Part shown: positions 1-9,369 of the stretch, piece by piece | Layout of the letters: every line of letters begins with the position of its first letter | How positions within the stretch are numbered: position 1 is the first letter of the stretch | Source of the DNA: Halalkalibacterium halodurans | GTDB taxonomy: Bacteria; Bacillota; Bacilli; Bacillales; Bacillaceae_D | Length of the DNA: 32,000 nucleotides | Assembly (NCBI RefSeq): GCF_004376175.1 | Contig: NZ_SNUY01000002.1 | Span: 1-32,000, forward strand | Reading direction: 5' to 3' | Position numbers and translations under genes: made by a program | Notes under the pieces: generated by a model | Database searches by the model: none | What the model saw: only the letters and a program-made list of their open reading frames with translations | What the model was told of the DNA's origin: nothing

Positions 1-150
1 GGGGATTGATGTCGTGTGGTTACCTCATCAATACCTTAGAATTCAGGGGGGTGGCAAGTTTTTTGCTTATAAAGCCCTCTAATATAGGATTTATTAACCT
101 ATTTCTATATAAAGTTTTGACAATACGCAAATTTGAAAAGGGGGAGAAAC

Positions 151-1803
151 ATGAAAAAGAGGATCGTTCACTCATTTTTAGTAGGATTATTAGCAGTTGG
201 TATTCTAACAGCTTGTTCGCAAGAAGGATCCACAACGGAAGATGAGACGAATACGAATGAAGACGGAACAGTCACAATTACGACCGCACGTACTCTTGAT
301 GATGGCACCGTTTTTAAAGATGGTGAAGATGTTCATGATAACGTCGTCACGAGATGGGCTGAAGAGGAGTTGGGAATTAAATTCGTGACAGAGTGGACGC
401 AGCCAAATGATGAACAATTCAATACACAATTGCGTCTAATGATGTCTTCAGGTGAGAAGCTGCCAGATGTATTTCAAGTCAATGACACGGCCATTAAGGC
501 TGATTTGCTTGCCTCTGGTCTCGTGATGCCGGTTGATGAAGCGATTGAGACATATGCTTCTCCGAGGTTAAAACAATTATTTGAGCAATTCCCACAAGCG
601 TTTTATCCGTCAACAAAAGACGGGGTTCGCTACGGAATTCCTCGATTTTCAGGCGGGAACGGGTCTGACACTCTTCTCTGGATTCGCCAAGATTGGCTAG
701 ATAAATTTGACCTAGAACCGCCAACAACATTGGAAGAATTAGAACACATCATGGATGTATTTGTAAACGAAGATCCGAATGAAACAGGAAAAAACGATAC
801 GATCGGAATTACTTTTGCTGCTGGTGATTATGGGTTTCGAGGTGGAAACATTGCCGATAGTAGCTGGGTTTTTGGAGCGTTTGGCGACTTTGTTCCAGGG
901 GCATGGAGTAAAGGAGACGACGGCTCACTCGTATATGGATCTATTCAGCCATCGGTGAAAGATGGGTTGGCGAAGATTCATGAATGGTATGAAAAAGGGT
1001 ACCTTGCAACTGACTTTGCCATTTTAAGTGCTGGCGATGCACAGGAAAGCTTTATTTCCGGTCGATCTGGTATTATGGCTGCCCCTCCTTGGGCCCACGG
1101 ATATCCAATCGGTGAAATGGCTCAAGTCGTTCCAGATGCGATTGTGAAGCCTTTCCCTCATGTAAGTGGGCCTAACGGTCAAGCGGGACGAAGAGGAGAA
1201 GGATATGTTGTCGGATCGTTTTTGTTCAACAAAGATTTTGAGCACATGGATAAATTTTTTGAGTATTGGGATGCCATTTATGGTTATACGTTCGGGGAAT
1301 CAGACTATTTTGAATACGGATTGTTTGAAGGCTATGACTATGTAATGGAGGACGGAGAGCCTGTATATGATCATGCTCAATTTGAAGAGATCACTGGTGA
1401 AGAAGTAGTCGACCCAGGGCGTTATTTCTTACCAACGAACGTTCCGACCATTCCGTTTGAAATGTATAGCCTGCTGGAAGAGTTTCATGAGACAGGAAGG
1501 GAGCCTAAGACAGGGTATGAGGCAGGACTTGCTGGTCGGGATCCAGACTACATTGAAGCTGCTGCGATCGTCAATCGGCAAAACGACCTTCGGATCATTA
1601 ATGAGTTTAACGGACCACCGACACCAACCATGGTTTCAAGATCTGAGCATCTAGAGCGAATGGAGGACGAGTTGTTCGTCGATATTATTTATGGCAACAA
1701 GCCGCTGGATGCTTTCGATCAATTCGTTGAAGAATGGCGTCAATCAGGTGGAGAGGCGATAACAGAAGAAGTTAATGAGTGGTATGAATCTGTGCAACAG
1801 TAG
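151..1803 (+). CDS. Extracellular solute-binding lipoprotein of a sugar/oligosaccharide ABC importer (LplA-like, family 1 SBP)
   Basis: The long ORF is 133..1803. ATG at 151 sits behind AAAGGGGGAG. The N-terminus MKKRIVHSFLVGLLAVGILTAC is a signal peptide with lipobox LTAC, followed by an acidic T/E/D-rich linker. Its ~550-aa size and position before two MalF/MalG-type permeases fit the LplA/YesO class. Confidence 0.85.
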   Translation: MKKRIVHSFLVGLLAVGILTACSQEGSTTEDETNTNEDGTVTITTARTLDDGTVFKDGEDVHDNVVTRWAEEELGIKFVTEWTQPNDEQFNTQLRLMMSSGEKLPDVFQVNDTAIKADLLASGLVMPVDEAIETYASPRLKQLFEQFPQAFYPSTKDGVRYGIPRFSGGNGSDTLLWIRQDWLDKFDLEPPTTLEELEHIMDVFVNEDPNETGKNDTIGITFAAGDYGFRGGNIADSSWVFGAFGDFVPGAWSKGDDGSLVYGSIQPSVKDGLAKIHEWYEKGYLATDFAILSAGDAQESFISGRSGIMAAPPWAHGYPIGEMAQVVPDAIVKPFPHVSGPNGQAGRRGEGYVVGSFLFNKDFEHMDKFFEYWDAIYGYTFGESDYFEYGLFEGYDYVMEDGEPVYDHAQFEEITGEEVVDPGRYFLPTNVPTIPFEMYSLLEEFHETGREPKTGYEAGLAGRDPDYIEAAAIVNRQNDLRIINEFNGPPTPTMVSRSEHLERMEDELFVDIIYGNKPLDAFDQFVEEWRQSGGEAITEEVNEWYESVQQ

Positions 1804-1904
1804 TACCGGATTTTGTTATGGAACAAAAAGGTGCAGCCCCATTTCCGCTGTTTGCTGGGAGGCACCTTCTGTTCCATTCATTTCTTCGTAAAGGAGGGAA
1901 CGCG

Positions 1905-2858
1905 TTGGAAAGCCAAGCTGTAACTAGCAACGCGAAAACGGTAGAACGGAAGCTAAAGAAACAAAAGTGGAATTTTCGTAGGACGTGGCAGCTCCATGTG
2001 TTGTTAATCCCTGCCCTCATACTTGCCTTGATCTTTCAGTACGGTCCGATGTTTGGCATCGTGATGGCTTTCCAAGATTACAAGCCGTGGCTCGGGTTTA
2101 CTGGGTCGGAGTGGGTTGGACTCCAACATTTCATTACGATGTTTGAGTATGATTACGCGAAGCAGGTCATTTGGAATACGCTTGTCATTTCTGTGTTAAA
2201 AATGATCTTCGGCCTCATCGTCCCAATCATTGTCGCTTTACTATTAAATGAAATGTACCAGATGGTCGTCAAGCGAACGGTGCAAACGATCATCTACTTA
2301 CCTTATTTTCTTTCATGGGTTATTTTAGGTGGAATCTTAATTGATGTTTTGTCTCCAGATGGAGGAATTGTCAATCAAGCGCTAGGTTTATTCGGAATCG
2401 ATCCAATCTTTTTCTTAGGGAGCAACGACTGGTTTCGGACGACGGTCGTGATTAGCGATCTTTGGAAGGAAACAGGCTTTAATACCATCGTCTTTTTAGC
2501 AGCTATTACAGCGGTTAACCCTAATTTATATGAAGCAGCCGTGGTCGACGGGGCGAATCGATGGAAGCAGACGCTTCACATCACGTTGCCAGCGATGCTG
2601 CCAATTATTATTGTTGTCGCGACCTTGTCGTTAGGAAACATTTTAAACGCTGGGTTTGATCAAATTTTTAACCTTTATAACCCTCTTGTGTATCAAACGG
2701 GAGACATTATCGATACGTATGTTTACCGAGTCTCGCTCGTAAACGGTGACTTTAGTTATGGAACAGCGGTAGGGCTCTTTAAATCACTCATCAGCTTAGT
2801 GTTAATCATCATCGGTTACCGTCTCGCTTACAAATATGCGAATTGGAGAATTTTCTAG
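1905..2858 (+). CDS. ABC sugar transporter permease (LplB-like, MalF-type)
   Basis: ORF 1818..2858. In-frame TTG at 1905 lies 6 nt after AAGGAGGG (1891-1898). The protein is polytopic and hydrophobic, with an EAA-type loop (YEAAVVDGANRWKQTLHITLP). The start codon is uncertain. Confidence 0.85.
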   Translation: MESQAVTSNAKTVERKLKKQKWNFRRTWQLHVLLIPALILALIFQYGPMFGIVMAFQDYKPWLGFTGSEWVGLQHFITMFEYDYAKQVIWNTLVISVLKMIFGLIVPIIVALLLNEMYQMVVKRTVQTIIYLPYFLSWVILGGILIDVLSPDGGIVNQALGLFGIDPIFFLGSNDWFRTTVVISDLWKETGFNTIVFLAAITAVNPNLYEAAVVDGANRWKQTLHITLPAMLPIIIVVATLSLGNILNAGFDQIFNLYNPLVYQTGDIIDTYVYRVSLVNGDFSYGTAVGLFKSLISLVLIIIGYRLAYKYANWRIF

Positions 2859-2870
2859 GGGGAATTTTCG

Positions 2871-3752
2871 ATGCGTGTCTACAAAACGAAGGGTTATAAA
2901 GTGTTTACAGCTTTTAACTATACTTTTTTGCTATTATTTGCTGTTCTTTGCATTTTGCCGCTCGTGCATATTTTTGCTGTTTCTTTAAGTGGCAGCGGTG
3001 CCGCGGCAGCTAATCTCGTGATGTTTTTGCCGGTAGATTTCACTTTGGATGCGTACGAGCGGACGATTGCCAACGATAATTTTATTCGCTCTTTTTTGAT
3101 CTCGGTGGTCCGTGTCGTTCTTGGGACTGTCATTTCCATGGGCGCGATGCTCTGTGCGGCTTATGCCTTATCAAAAGAGGATCGTGACTTCAAGGGACGA
3201 AAATTTTACATTTGGTTTTTTGTTATTACGATGTTGTTTAATGGAGGTCTCGTTCCGACGTATATGGTCGTGACAGGATTAGGATTAACGAATACGATTT
3301 GGGCACTCGTATTACCACCGGCGATTAATGCCTTCAATCTCATCCTGCTACTCAACTTCTTTCGTACAGCGGTCCCTAAATCATTGGAAGAGTCGGCTTT
3401 CATTGATGGAGCCAATCACTTTCAAATCTTTCTCAAAATCTATTTACCGATTTCTGTCCCAGCGATTGCGACGGTTTCATTGTTTACGATGGTGTTCCAT
3501 TGGAACTCATGGTTTGATGGAATGATATACAACAACGATGCTCGCAACTACCCGCTACAAACCTTTTTGCAAACGATCGTTGTCCAGCAAGATTTCAGCC
3601 AAATTACAGATGCGGAAACGCTTCGAAATCTATCACAGCGAACGGTTCAAGCGGCGCAAATCTTTATTGCTGCTCTGCCGATGCTGATCGTCTACCCATT
3701 TATCCAAAAATATTTCGTCAAAGGGATTGTATTGGGCGCGGAAAAAGAATAG
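2871..3752 (+). CDS. ABC sugar transporter permease (LplC/YtcP-like, MalG-type)
   Basis: 293-aa membrane protein with EAA loop (LEESAFIDGANHFQIFLKIYLP). It sits immediately after the first permease. Confidence 0.9.
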   Translation: MRVYKTKGYKVFTAFNYTFLLLFAVLCILPLVHIFAVSLSGSGAAAANLVMFLPVDFTLDAYERTIANDNFIRSFLISVVRVVLGTVISMGAMLCAAYALSKEDRDFKGRKFYIWFFVITMLFNGGLVPTYMVVTGLGLTNTIWALVLPPAINAFNLILLLNFFRTAVPKSLEESAFIDGANHFQIFLKIYLPISVPAIATVSLFTMVFHWNSWFDGMIYNNDARNYPLQTFLQTIVVQQDFSQITDAETLRNLSQRTVQAAQIFIAALPMLIVYPFIQKYFVKGIVLGAEKE

Positions 3753-3764
3753 GAGGGATCACAT

Positions 3765-4610
3765 TTGCTACCAATCAATGAAAATTTAAAAGGAAAAGTA
3801 GCTGTCATTACAGGTGGAAGTGGGGTGCTCTGCCGGGCGATGGCTTATGAATTAGGGAGACAAGGTGTGAAGGTAGCCATTCTCAATCGAAATCGTGATA
3901 CAGGAAACGAAGTAGCTGAAACGATTCGAGAAGCAGGGGGAGATGCGCTTGCCATCTCTTGCGATGTGTTAGAGGTAGACCAAGTGAAAGCAGCTGAAAA
4001 ACAGATCAGAAAGGAATTTGGTGCTTGCGACATTCTCATTAACGGGGCAGGAGGCAATCACCCTGATGGGACAACAGACGAAGAGACTGTTCGTATGGAA
4101 AACGTGGCAAAAGAAACGAAGACGTTTTTTGATTTGACGGTCGAAGGGTTTCAGCGCGTGTTTGAACTGAATTTAATTAGCGCGATGGTAAGCTCACAAG
4201 TGTTTGCAAAAGGAATGGCCCATCGGAAAGGGGCTGTCATCATCAACATGTCCTCGATGAGTGGGCCCACTCCGATGACAAAGGTTCCTGCCTACAGTGC
4301 AGCAAAAGCAGGAATTGATAATTTTACGAAGTGGTTAGCGGTGCATATGGTGGAGGTTGGCATTCGCGTGAACGCGATCGCGCCTGGTTTTTTTCTCACA
4401 GACCAAAACAAAAAACTGCTGCTTCAGGATGACGGCTCATGGACAGAGCGTTCAAAAAAAATCTTTTCTCATACGCCAATGAGGCGATTTGGAAAGCCTG
4501 AAGATTTACTAGGTACGGTCATTTGGCTAGCAGATGAGACGATGTCTGGATTTGTAACTGGTGTAACCGTACCAGTCGATGGTGGGTTTATGGCGTATTC
4601 GGGCGTGTAG
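3765..4610 (+). CDS. Short-chain dehydrogenase/reductase, UxuB/YjmF-like (D-mannonate/fructuronate oxidoreductase type)
   Basis: TTG start lies 7 nt after AGGAGGG (3751-3757). The protein has the Rossmann motif TGGSGVLC and the catalytic YSAAK. It also has the [14 protein letters not shown] insert that I associate with the SDR-type mannonate oxidoreductases of hexuronate pathways. Confidence 0.75.
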   Translation: MLPINENLKGKVAVITGGSGVLCRAMAYELGRQGVKVAILNRNRDTGNEVAETIREAGGDALAISCDVLEVDQVKAAEKQIRKEFGACDILINGAGGNHPDGTTDEETVRMENVAKETKTFFDLTVEGFQRVFELNLISAMVSSQVFAKGMAHRKGAVIINMSSMSGPTPMTKVPAYSAAKAGIDNFTKWLAVHMVEVGIRVNAIAPGFFLTDQNKKLLLQDDGSWTERSKKIFSHTPMRRFGKPEDLLGTVIWLADETMSGFVTGVTVPVDGGFMAYSGV

Positions 4611-4629
4611 AGAAAGGAGGAAGGATAAG

Positions 4630-6138
4630 ATGAAAACAGTAGTTGTAAATGATCATTCATTTGCTTATTTTCCAAAGAAATGGAAGTGTTGCATCGGCAC
4701 GGGAAGGTTAGGCTTAGCGTTGCAAAAAGAATACGTGGATCATCTCGCGCGATTGCAAAAGGAGCTGAACTTTCAATACATACGAGGACATGGGCTTCTT
4801 CATGATGACATTGGTATTTATCGCGAGCGAAAGCGGGCCGATGGCACAGTTGAGCCGTTTTATAATTTTACGTACATTGACCGAATTTTCGATACGTTTC
4901 TTGAATTGAACATTCGTCCGTTTGTTGAGATTGGCTTTATGCCAAAGCTATTGGCTTCTGGGGAACAAACGATTTTCGATTGGCAAGGGAATGTGACCCC
5001 GCCAAAAGACTATGACCAGTGGAAACAACTTATTCAAGCGGTTATTTCCCACTTTATTGACCGATATGGGGTAGAGGAAGTGACAAAATGGCCGTTCGAA
5101 ATATGGAATGAGCCGAATTTAATCAACTTTTGGCAGCATGCCGATAAGAAAGAGTATTTTAAATTGTACAAAATAACCGCCCGTGCGATCAAAGAGGTTC
5201 ACCCGTACATTCAAGTGGGTGGCCCGGCTATATGCGGCGGTTCAGATGAATGGATCACAGACTTTTTACAATTTTGTCATAAGGAAGAGGTTCCTGTAGA
5301 CTTTGTTTCAAGGCATGCGTATACGTCGGCAAAACCGCACAAAGTAACACCTGACTATTATTATCAAGAGCTTTATGAAAATACCCATATGCTAGATGAG
5401 TTAAAGAACGTAAAGGAGCTCATTCAACAATCACCATTTCCTAATTTGCCTTTTCATATTACGGAGTATAATACATCCTACAGTCCGATTAACCCGGTTC
5501 ACGATACGGTTCTTAACGCCGCTTATTTAGCGCGAATTTTAAGCGAGGCAGGTGACATTGTTGATTCATTCTCCTATTGGACGTTCAGCGACGTATTTGA
5601 AGAAGCAGGAGTCCCTACTGCACCTTTCCACGGAGGCTTTGGGTTAATCGCTCTTCATGGGATCGCGAAGCCGACCTACCACTTGTTTTCGTTTTTTAAC
5701 CAGCTTGGAGAACAGTTGCTTTACCGTGACTCACAAATGGTAGTGACGAAGAAACAAGATGGTTCAATCCAACTCGTCGTCTGGAATCTTATCATGGAGA
5801 AAGGTGAAGGGTTAGAGCAAACCGTGCAAATCGAATTGCCAACTCAATCAGACGCTGTTTTCATTAAGCGAAAAACGATTGATGAAACGAATGGGAACCC
5901 TTGGCGTGTATGGAAGGAGATGGGGCGTCCTAGGTTTCCGAAAAAGAATGAAATTGACACGCTTCAGGAAGTCGCTCAGCCTCTTATCCGTACCGAGAGA
6001 AGGGATGGATTAAGTCGAACGCTCAAGCTAGAGCTAACGCTATCGAAAAACGAAGTAAGTTTGGTCGAAGTTTTTCCAATCATAGATGAAACGAACACGT
6101 ATCCTGGTCTGGATGATCGGCTGATTCCTTCGTATTAA
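4630..6138 (+). CDS. xynB: Glycoside hydrolase family 39 beta-xylosidase
   Basis: ORF 4579..6138. ATG at 4630 follows GAAAGGAGGAAGG. The GH39 acid/base motif (EIWNEPN) and nucleophile motif (HITEYN) are present. The ~500-aa length matches XynB-type enzymes of thermophilic and alkaliphilic bacilli. Confidence 0.9.
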   Translation: MKTVVVNDHSFAYFPKKWKCCIGTGRLGLALQKEYVDHLARLQKELNFQYIRGHGLLHDDIGIYRERKRADGTVEPFYNFTYIDRIFDTFLELNIRPFVEIGFMPKLLASGEQTIFDWQGNVTPPKDYDQWKQLIQAVISHFIDRYGVEEVTKWPFEIWNEPNLINFWQHADKKEYFKLYKITARAIKEVHPYIQVGGPAICGGSDEWITDFLQFCHKEEVPVDFVSRHAYTSAKPHKVTPDYYYQELYENTHMLDELKNVKELIQQSPFPNLPFHITEYNTSYSPINPVHDTVLNAAYLARILSEAGDIVDSFSYWTFSDVFEEAGVPTAPFHGGFGLIALHGIAKPTYHLFSFFNQLGEQLLYRDSQMVVTKKQDGSIQLVVWNLIMEKGEGLEQTVQIELPTQSDAVFIKRKTIDETNGNPWRVWKEMGRPRFPKKNEIDTLQEVAQPLIRTERRDGLSRTLKLELTLSKNEVSLVEVFPIIDETNTYPGLDDRLIPSY

Positions 6139-6248
6139 CGAACGGAAGCAGATATGGATTTTCGTCATCGGTAAACGATTTTAGCATAAGACAATCTATT
6201 TTCCTCATAAATGGTAGAGAAGGCTAAAACCCATTGGAGGGAATTGTT

Positions 6249-7145
6249 TTGTTTAAACGGATCGATAAGTTGTTAATTGACCTGCCGAAGCCTGATCATC
6301 CAGATGCAAATGCAGCCGCCGCCGTTCAAGAGCTGCTTGGTGGTCGATTCGGAGAAATGTCGACCTTGAATAATTACATGTATCAATCGTTTAACTTTCG
6401 CCAAAAACACAAGCTTCGTCCGTTTTATGAATTGGTAGCGAGCATTACGGCGGAAGAGTTTGGGCACGTGGAGCTCGTATCGAATACGATCAACCTGATG
6501 ATTGAAGGAACCACCTTTCCCGGAGATCCTGACATTACCCCGATGCAAGATGCAAAGGATAAGCGAAACACGTATCATTTTATTTCAACAGCACAAACGT
6601 CCTATCCGATGGACTCGATGGGGGCTTCATGGCGCGGTGACTACGTCGTCAACAGCGGGAACCTAATCTTTGATCTTCTGCATAACTATTTTCTTGAAAT
6701 CGGGGCAAGAACGCATAAGATGCGCGTGTATGAAATGACCGATCACCCGGTTGCTCGAGAAATGATCGGTTACTTGCTCGTTCGTGGCGGCGTTCATATT
6801 ATCGCCTATGCGAAAGCACTTGAGATTGCAACAGGGGTCGATTTAACGAAAATGTTACCAGTTCCAAACTTAAGCAACCGTCAATTTGATTACGCGCGAA
6901 AGTTTGAAGATCAAGGAGTCCACCGTAAGCTCTATACGTGGAGCGACATGGATTATCGGACGATTTCGCAAATTTGGAAGGGAGAGCATCCAACAGAAGG
7001 TGGTCCGCTCGAAGTGGTAAAAGGAACACCAGAGGGTGCACCGATTCCTGATTTGGAGGAATTGCCTGAGGAGTTTGCGCCAGGTATTTCGCGCGACGAC
7101 TTTCTTGAAATCGCCAAGCGACTCAAACGAAATGCAGGGTTGTAA
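6249..7145 (+). CDS. Manganese (non-haem) catalase
   Basis: ORF 6234..7145. TTG at 6249 lies 7 nt after GGAGGG. The N-terminus (M)FKRIDKLLIDLPKPDHPDANAAAAVQELLGGRFGEMSTLNNYMYQSFNFR and the EEFGHVE metal-ligand motif are typical of Mn catalases (YdbD/CotJC superfamily). Confidence 0.9.
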   Translation: MFKRIDKLLIDLPKPDHPDANAAAAVQELLGGRFGEMSTLNNYMYQSFNFRQKHKLRPFYELVASITAEEFGHVELVSNTINLMIEGTTFPGDPDITPMQDAKDKRNTYHFISTAQTSYPMDSMGASWRGDYVVNSGNLIFDLLHNYFLEIGARTHKMRVYEMTDHPVAREMIGYLLVRGGVHIIAYAKALEIATGVDLTKMLPVPNLSNRQFDYARKFEDQGVHRKLYTWSDMDYRTISQIWKGEHPTEGGPLEVVKGTPEGAPIPDLEELPEEFAPGISRDDFLEIAKRLKRNAGL

Positions 7146-7155
7146 GAACGGGATC

Positions 7156-7347
7156 TAACGGTAATAAAAAGGTTCGGAATCATTTTAGTTTGATGTTCCG
7201 AACCTTTTTTCTGTTGATTCATAGGGTTGCCTATTGTTTGATCGGCGTTCATGGCCGTGGACTTACGTAAGTTCACAGCTATAAAAGGCAAATTCTCATT
7301 CATTTTTCACATTCACGTTGCCCCTTATGGACATTCAAGTGAGCCTT
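7156..7347 (+). repeat. Dispersed intergenic repeat, copy 1 (terminator hairpin plus ~140 nt conserved tail)
   Basis: It aligns by eye with 31781..31968 in the same orientation. Roughly three quarters of positions are identical. Perfectly shared blocks are TTTTTTCTGTT, CGTAAGTTCACAGCTAT (7266-7282 / 31892-31908), CTCATTCATTT and CGTTGCCCCTTA. Confidence 0.8.
7166..7210. terminator. Bidirectional rho-independent terminator (part of repeat copy 1)
   Basis: The structure is AAAAA-GGTTCGGAA(T)CAT...ATGTTCCGAACC-TTTTTT: a 12-bp stem with one bulge, an A-run upstream and a T-run downstream. Confidence 0.8.
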
Positions 7348-7502
7348 CAAGATAACCAAAAGCTGGTTCTAAGTCCCCCTTAGCTGTCAATAGATTTCCC
7401 ACGTTTTCCCGTCTCCCAATGAAAAGAGATCGCTTTCAGGAATGAATGAAATCCGTTATCATAGAAAGGAAGGTTAGAAGACGGAACGAGGAGATGGAGC
7501 GG

Positions 7503-8564
7503 ATGAAGAAAATTACCTTATCGGTCATTCCTGGAGATGGCGTTGGTAAAGAAATTATGCCCCATGCCCTTCGTGTGCTAGATGCGGTCGCCGAGGTTCA
7601 TGGTGGTCTTACCTTTGAAAAGGTCGAATACCCGTGGAGCTGCGAGTATTATTTGGAACATGGTGAGATGATGCCAGAGGACGGACTTGTCCAGCTTACT
7701 GAAAGTGATGCTGTATTCCTAGGCGCGGTCGGTAACCCACAACTCGTGCCCGACCATGTTTCATTATGGGGGCTGTTAATCGCGATACGCCGCGGCTTTC
7801 AACAGTCGTTGAATATTCGCCATGCGAAGCAAATTCGTGGAATTGATCCACCGATTAAACATGCTAATCAGTTTGATTTGCTCGTTGTACGAGAAAATAG
7901 TGAGGGAGAATATAGCGAGGTGGGGGGACGGATTCATCAAGGGGACGATGAAGTTGTCGTTCAAAATGCAATCTTTACAAAGAAAGCGACGAAACGAGCG
8001 ATTGACTATGCGTTTCAGCTAGCGGCCACCCGGGGAAAACGAGTGACGAGTGCGACAAAATCGAACGGAATCGTCTTTTCGATGCCTTTTTGGGATAACG
8101 TCTTTCAAGAGGTAGGAAAGCAATACCCAGATATCGAGCAACAGTCGGTTCATATTGATGCGTTAACCGCTTTTCTCGTCACAAAGCCTGCTGAATTTGA
8201 TGTGATTGTAGCGAGTAATCTTTTTGGTGATATCTTGACCGATGTGAGCGCAGCGATAATGGGGAGTATTGGAATTGGACCTGCTGCGAATTTAAATGTG
8301 GAAGGAACATACCCGTCTATGTTTGAGCCTGTACACGGATCAGCACCAGATATTGTCGGAAAAGGAATGGCCAATCCGATCGGACAAATATGGGCGGGGA
8401 AAATGATGCTCGATCACTTTGGTGAAGAAGAGCTTGGGAAAACGTTATTAGACATTGTTGAAGATGTAACGGAAGCGGGAATTAAGACCCCTGATATTGG
8501 TGGGCGAGCAACAACAGGAGAAGTTGCTGACGCGATCATTGAACGGGTAAAATCATTAACGTAG
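7503..8564 (+). CDS. Tartrate dehydrogenase/decarboxylase - D-malate dehydrogenase family (isocitrate/isopropylmalate dehydrogenase superfamily, YcsA-like)
   Basis: ORF 7446..8564. ATG at 7503 lies 9 nt after GAGGAG. The N-terminus MKKITLSVIPGDGVGKEIMP and the motifs LVVRENSEGEYS and NLFGDILTD are hallmarks of beta-decarboxylating dehydrogenases. The ~353-aa length fits the tartrate dehydrogenase subgroup. Confidence 0.8.
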   Translation: MKKITLSVIPGDGVGKEIMPHALRVLDAVAEVHGGLTFEKVEYPWSCEYYLEHGEMMPEDGLVQLTESDAVFLGAVGNPQLVPDHVSLWGLLIAIRRGFQQSLNIRHAKQIRGIDPPIKHANQFDLLVVRENSEGEYSEVGGRIHQGDDEVVVQNAIFTKKATKRAIDYAFQLAATRGKRVTSATKSNGIVFSMPFWDNVFQEVGKQYPDIEQQSVHIDALTAFLVTKPAEFDVIVASNLFGDILTDVSAAIMGSIGIGPAANLNVEGTYPSMFEPVHGSAPDIVGKGMANPIGQIWAGKMMLDHFGEEELGKTLLDIVEDVTEAGIKTPDIGGRATTGEVADAIIERVKSLT

Positions 8565-8575
8565 GAGAGTGCAAA

Positions 8576-9253
8576 ATGGACATTCGTAACATTTATTGCA
8601 TTGGCCGAAACTATGCAGACCATGCGAGGGAGCTTGGCAATGCAATACCGGACAAACCAATCTTATTTTCAAAACCGACCCATTCCCTTACGATTGCCAA
8701 TGGACAGATGCTAGAATTTCCGAGTAACCGTGGAGAGATCCATCATGAACTAGAAATAGTTTTGCATATTGGTAAGCCCTACGAAAAAGGAATTTCGCTC
8801 GAGGAACTCGTTGATGTCATGGCGCTAGGAATCGATTTTACGCTTCGGGATGAACAAAACGAATTAAAGAAAAAAGGCCACCCATGGCTGCGAGCGAAAG
8901 GATTTAAGCATGCGGCAGTGGTGACCGACTTTTGGTCATTTCCTGGAGAAGAAACGTGCAAGGCTACCGACTTTTCTTTATTGATTCATGATCAGGTCGT
9001 TCAGAAAGGAAACATACAGCAGATGCTCTTTTCTTTTGAACAAATGGTTGAAGAAGTGGGTGAAGCCTTTGGATTAGGAGAGGGAGACCTCTTGTTTACA
9101 GGAACGCCAGAAGGGGTTGGACCGATCCAATCAGGAGACCAGCTTTCGCTTTTTTGGGGGACGGAACGAAAAGGGCATTTTTCTGTTCGTATCACTAGCG
9201 TTGCACAAAAAAGTGAAGACAAAGTCAAGGGTACAGAAATGGAATATTATTGA
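8576..9253 (+). CDS. Fumarylacetoacetate hydrolase (FAH) family protein (2-keto-4-pentenoate hydratase / oxaloacetate decarboxylase-type fold)
   Basis: ATG follows GGAGAG. The protein starts IYCIGRNYADHARELGN..PILFSKP and contains HHELEIV and LLFTGTPEGVGP, typical of small FAH-domain enzymes. It lies 11 nt downstream of the dehydrogenase gene. Confidence 0.85.
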   Translation: MDIRNIYCIGRNYADHARELGNAIPDKPILFSKPTHSLTIANGQMLEFPSNRGEIHHELEIVLHIGKPYEKGISLEELVDVMALGIDFTLRDEQNELKKKGHPWLRAKGFKHAAVVTDFWSFPGEETCKATDFSLLIHDQVVQKGNIQQMLFSFEQMVEEVGEAFGLGEGDLLFTGTPEGVGPIQSGDQLSLFWGTERKGHFSVRITSVAQKSEDKVKGTEMEYY

Positions 9254-9320
9254 TAATTATTACATTTTATAACTTTACGAAATATTCAGTTTTATTTTTT
9301 TCTTGGTAATCAAGTCAAAA

Positions 9321-9362
9321 GGATAAGGGGGGTCTGTTTGAAGGTAGTCCTTATCCAATTTT
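9321..9362 (-). terminator. Hairpin/terminator downstream of the transposase gene
   Basis: GGATAAGG (9321-9328) pairs with CCTTATCC (9349-9356). On the minus strand the hairpin is followed by TTTTGAC. It is also T-rich on the plus side. Confidence 0.5.
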
Positions 9363-9369
9363 TTACAAA

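Noticed and set aside
6184-6212. Forespore sigma-G/F-like promoter (GCATA-N17-CATAAAT) upstream of the Mn catalase.
   Set aside because: Only the GCATA and CATA parts match. The -10 deviates at the discriminating positions. This is a chance-level match in a short AT-rich spacer with no supporting evidence.
7251-7266. Sigma-54 -24/-12-like string TGGCCGTGGACTTACG in repeat copy 1.
   Set aside because: The -12 element is TTAC rather than TTGC. The GG of the -24 element is absent in copy 2 (GTGCCGTGATCTTTCG). No EBP-type activator is nearby.
6953-7303. 116-aa minus-strand ORF running through repeat copy 1, the terminator hairpin and into the catalase gene.
   Set aside because: It reads straight through a strong terminator and overlaps the catalase 3' end. 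The equivalent frame in repeat copy 2 is broken by a stop after ~9 codons and by an indel, so it is not a conserved coding sequence.
7205-7347. Idea that the repeat is a class IIC group II intron fragment, since those insert right after intrinsic terminators (known in alkaliphilic Bacillus).
   Set aside because: There is no GUGYG-like 5' end after the T-run. There is no domain V-like AGC hairpin and no reverse-transcriptase ORF. The hairpin and the sequence upstream of it are themselves part of the repeated unit, which independent intron insertions would not produce.
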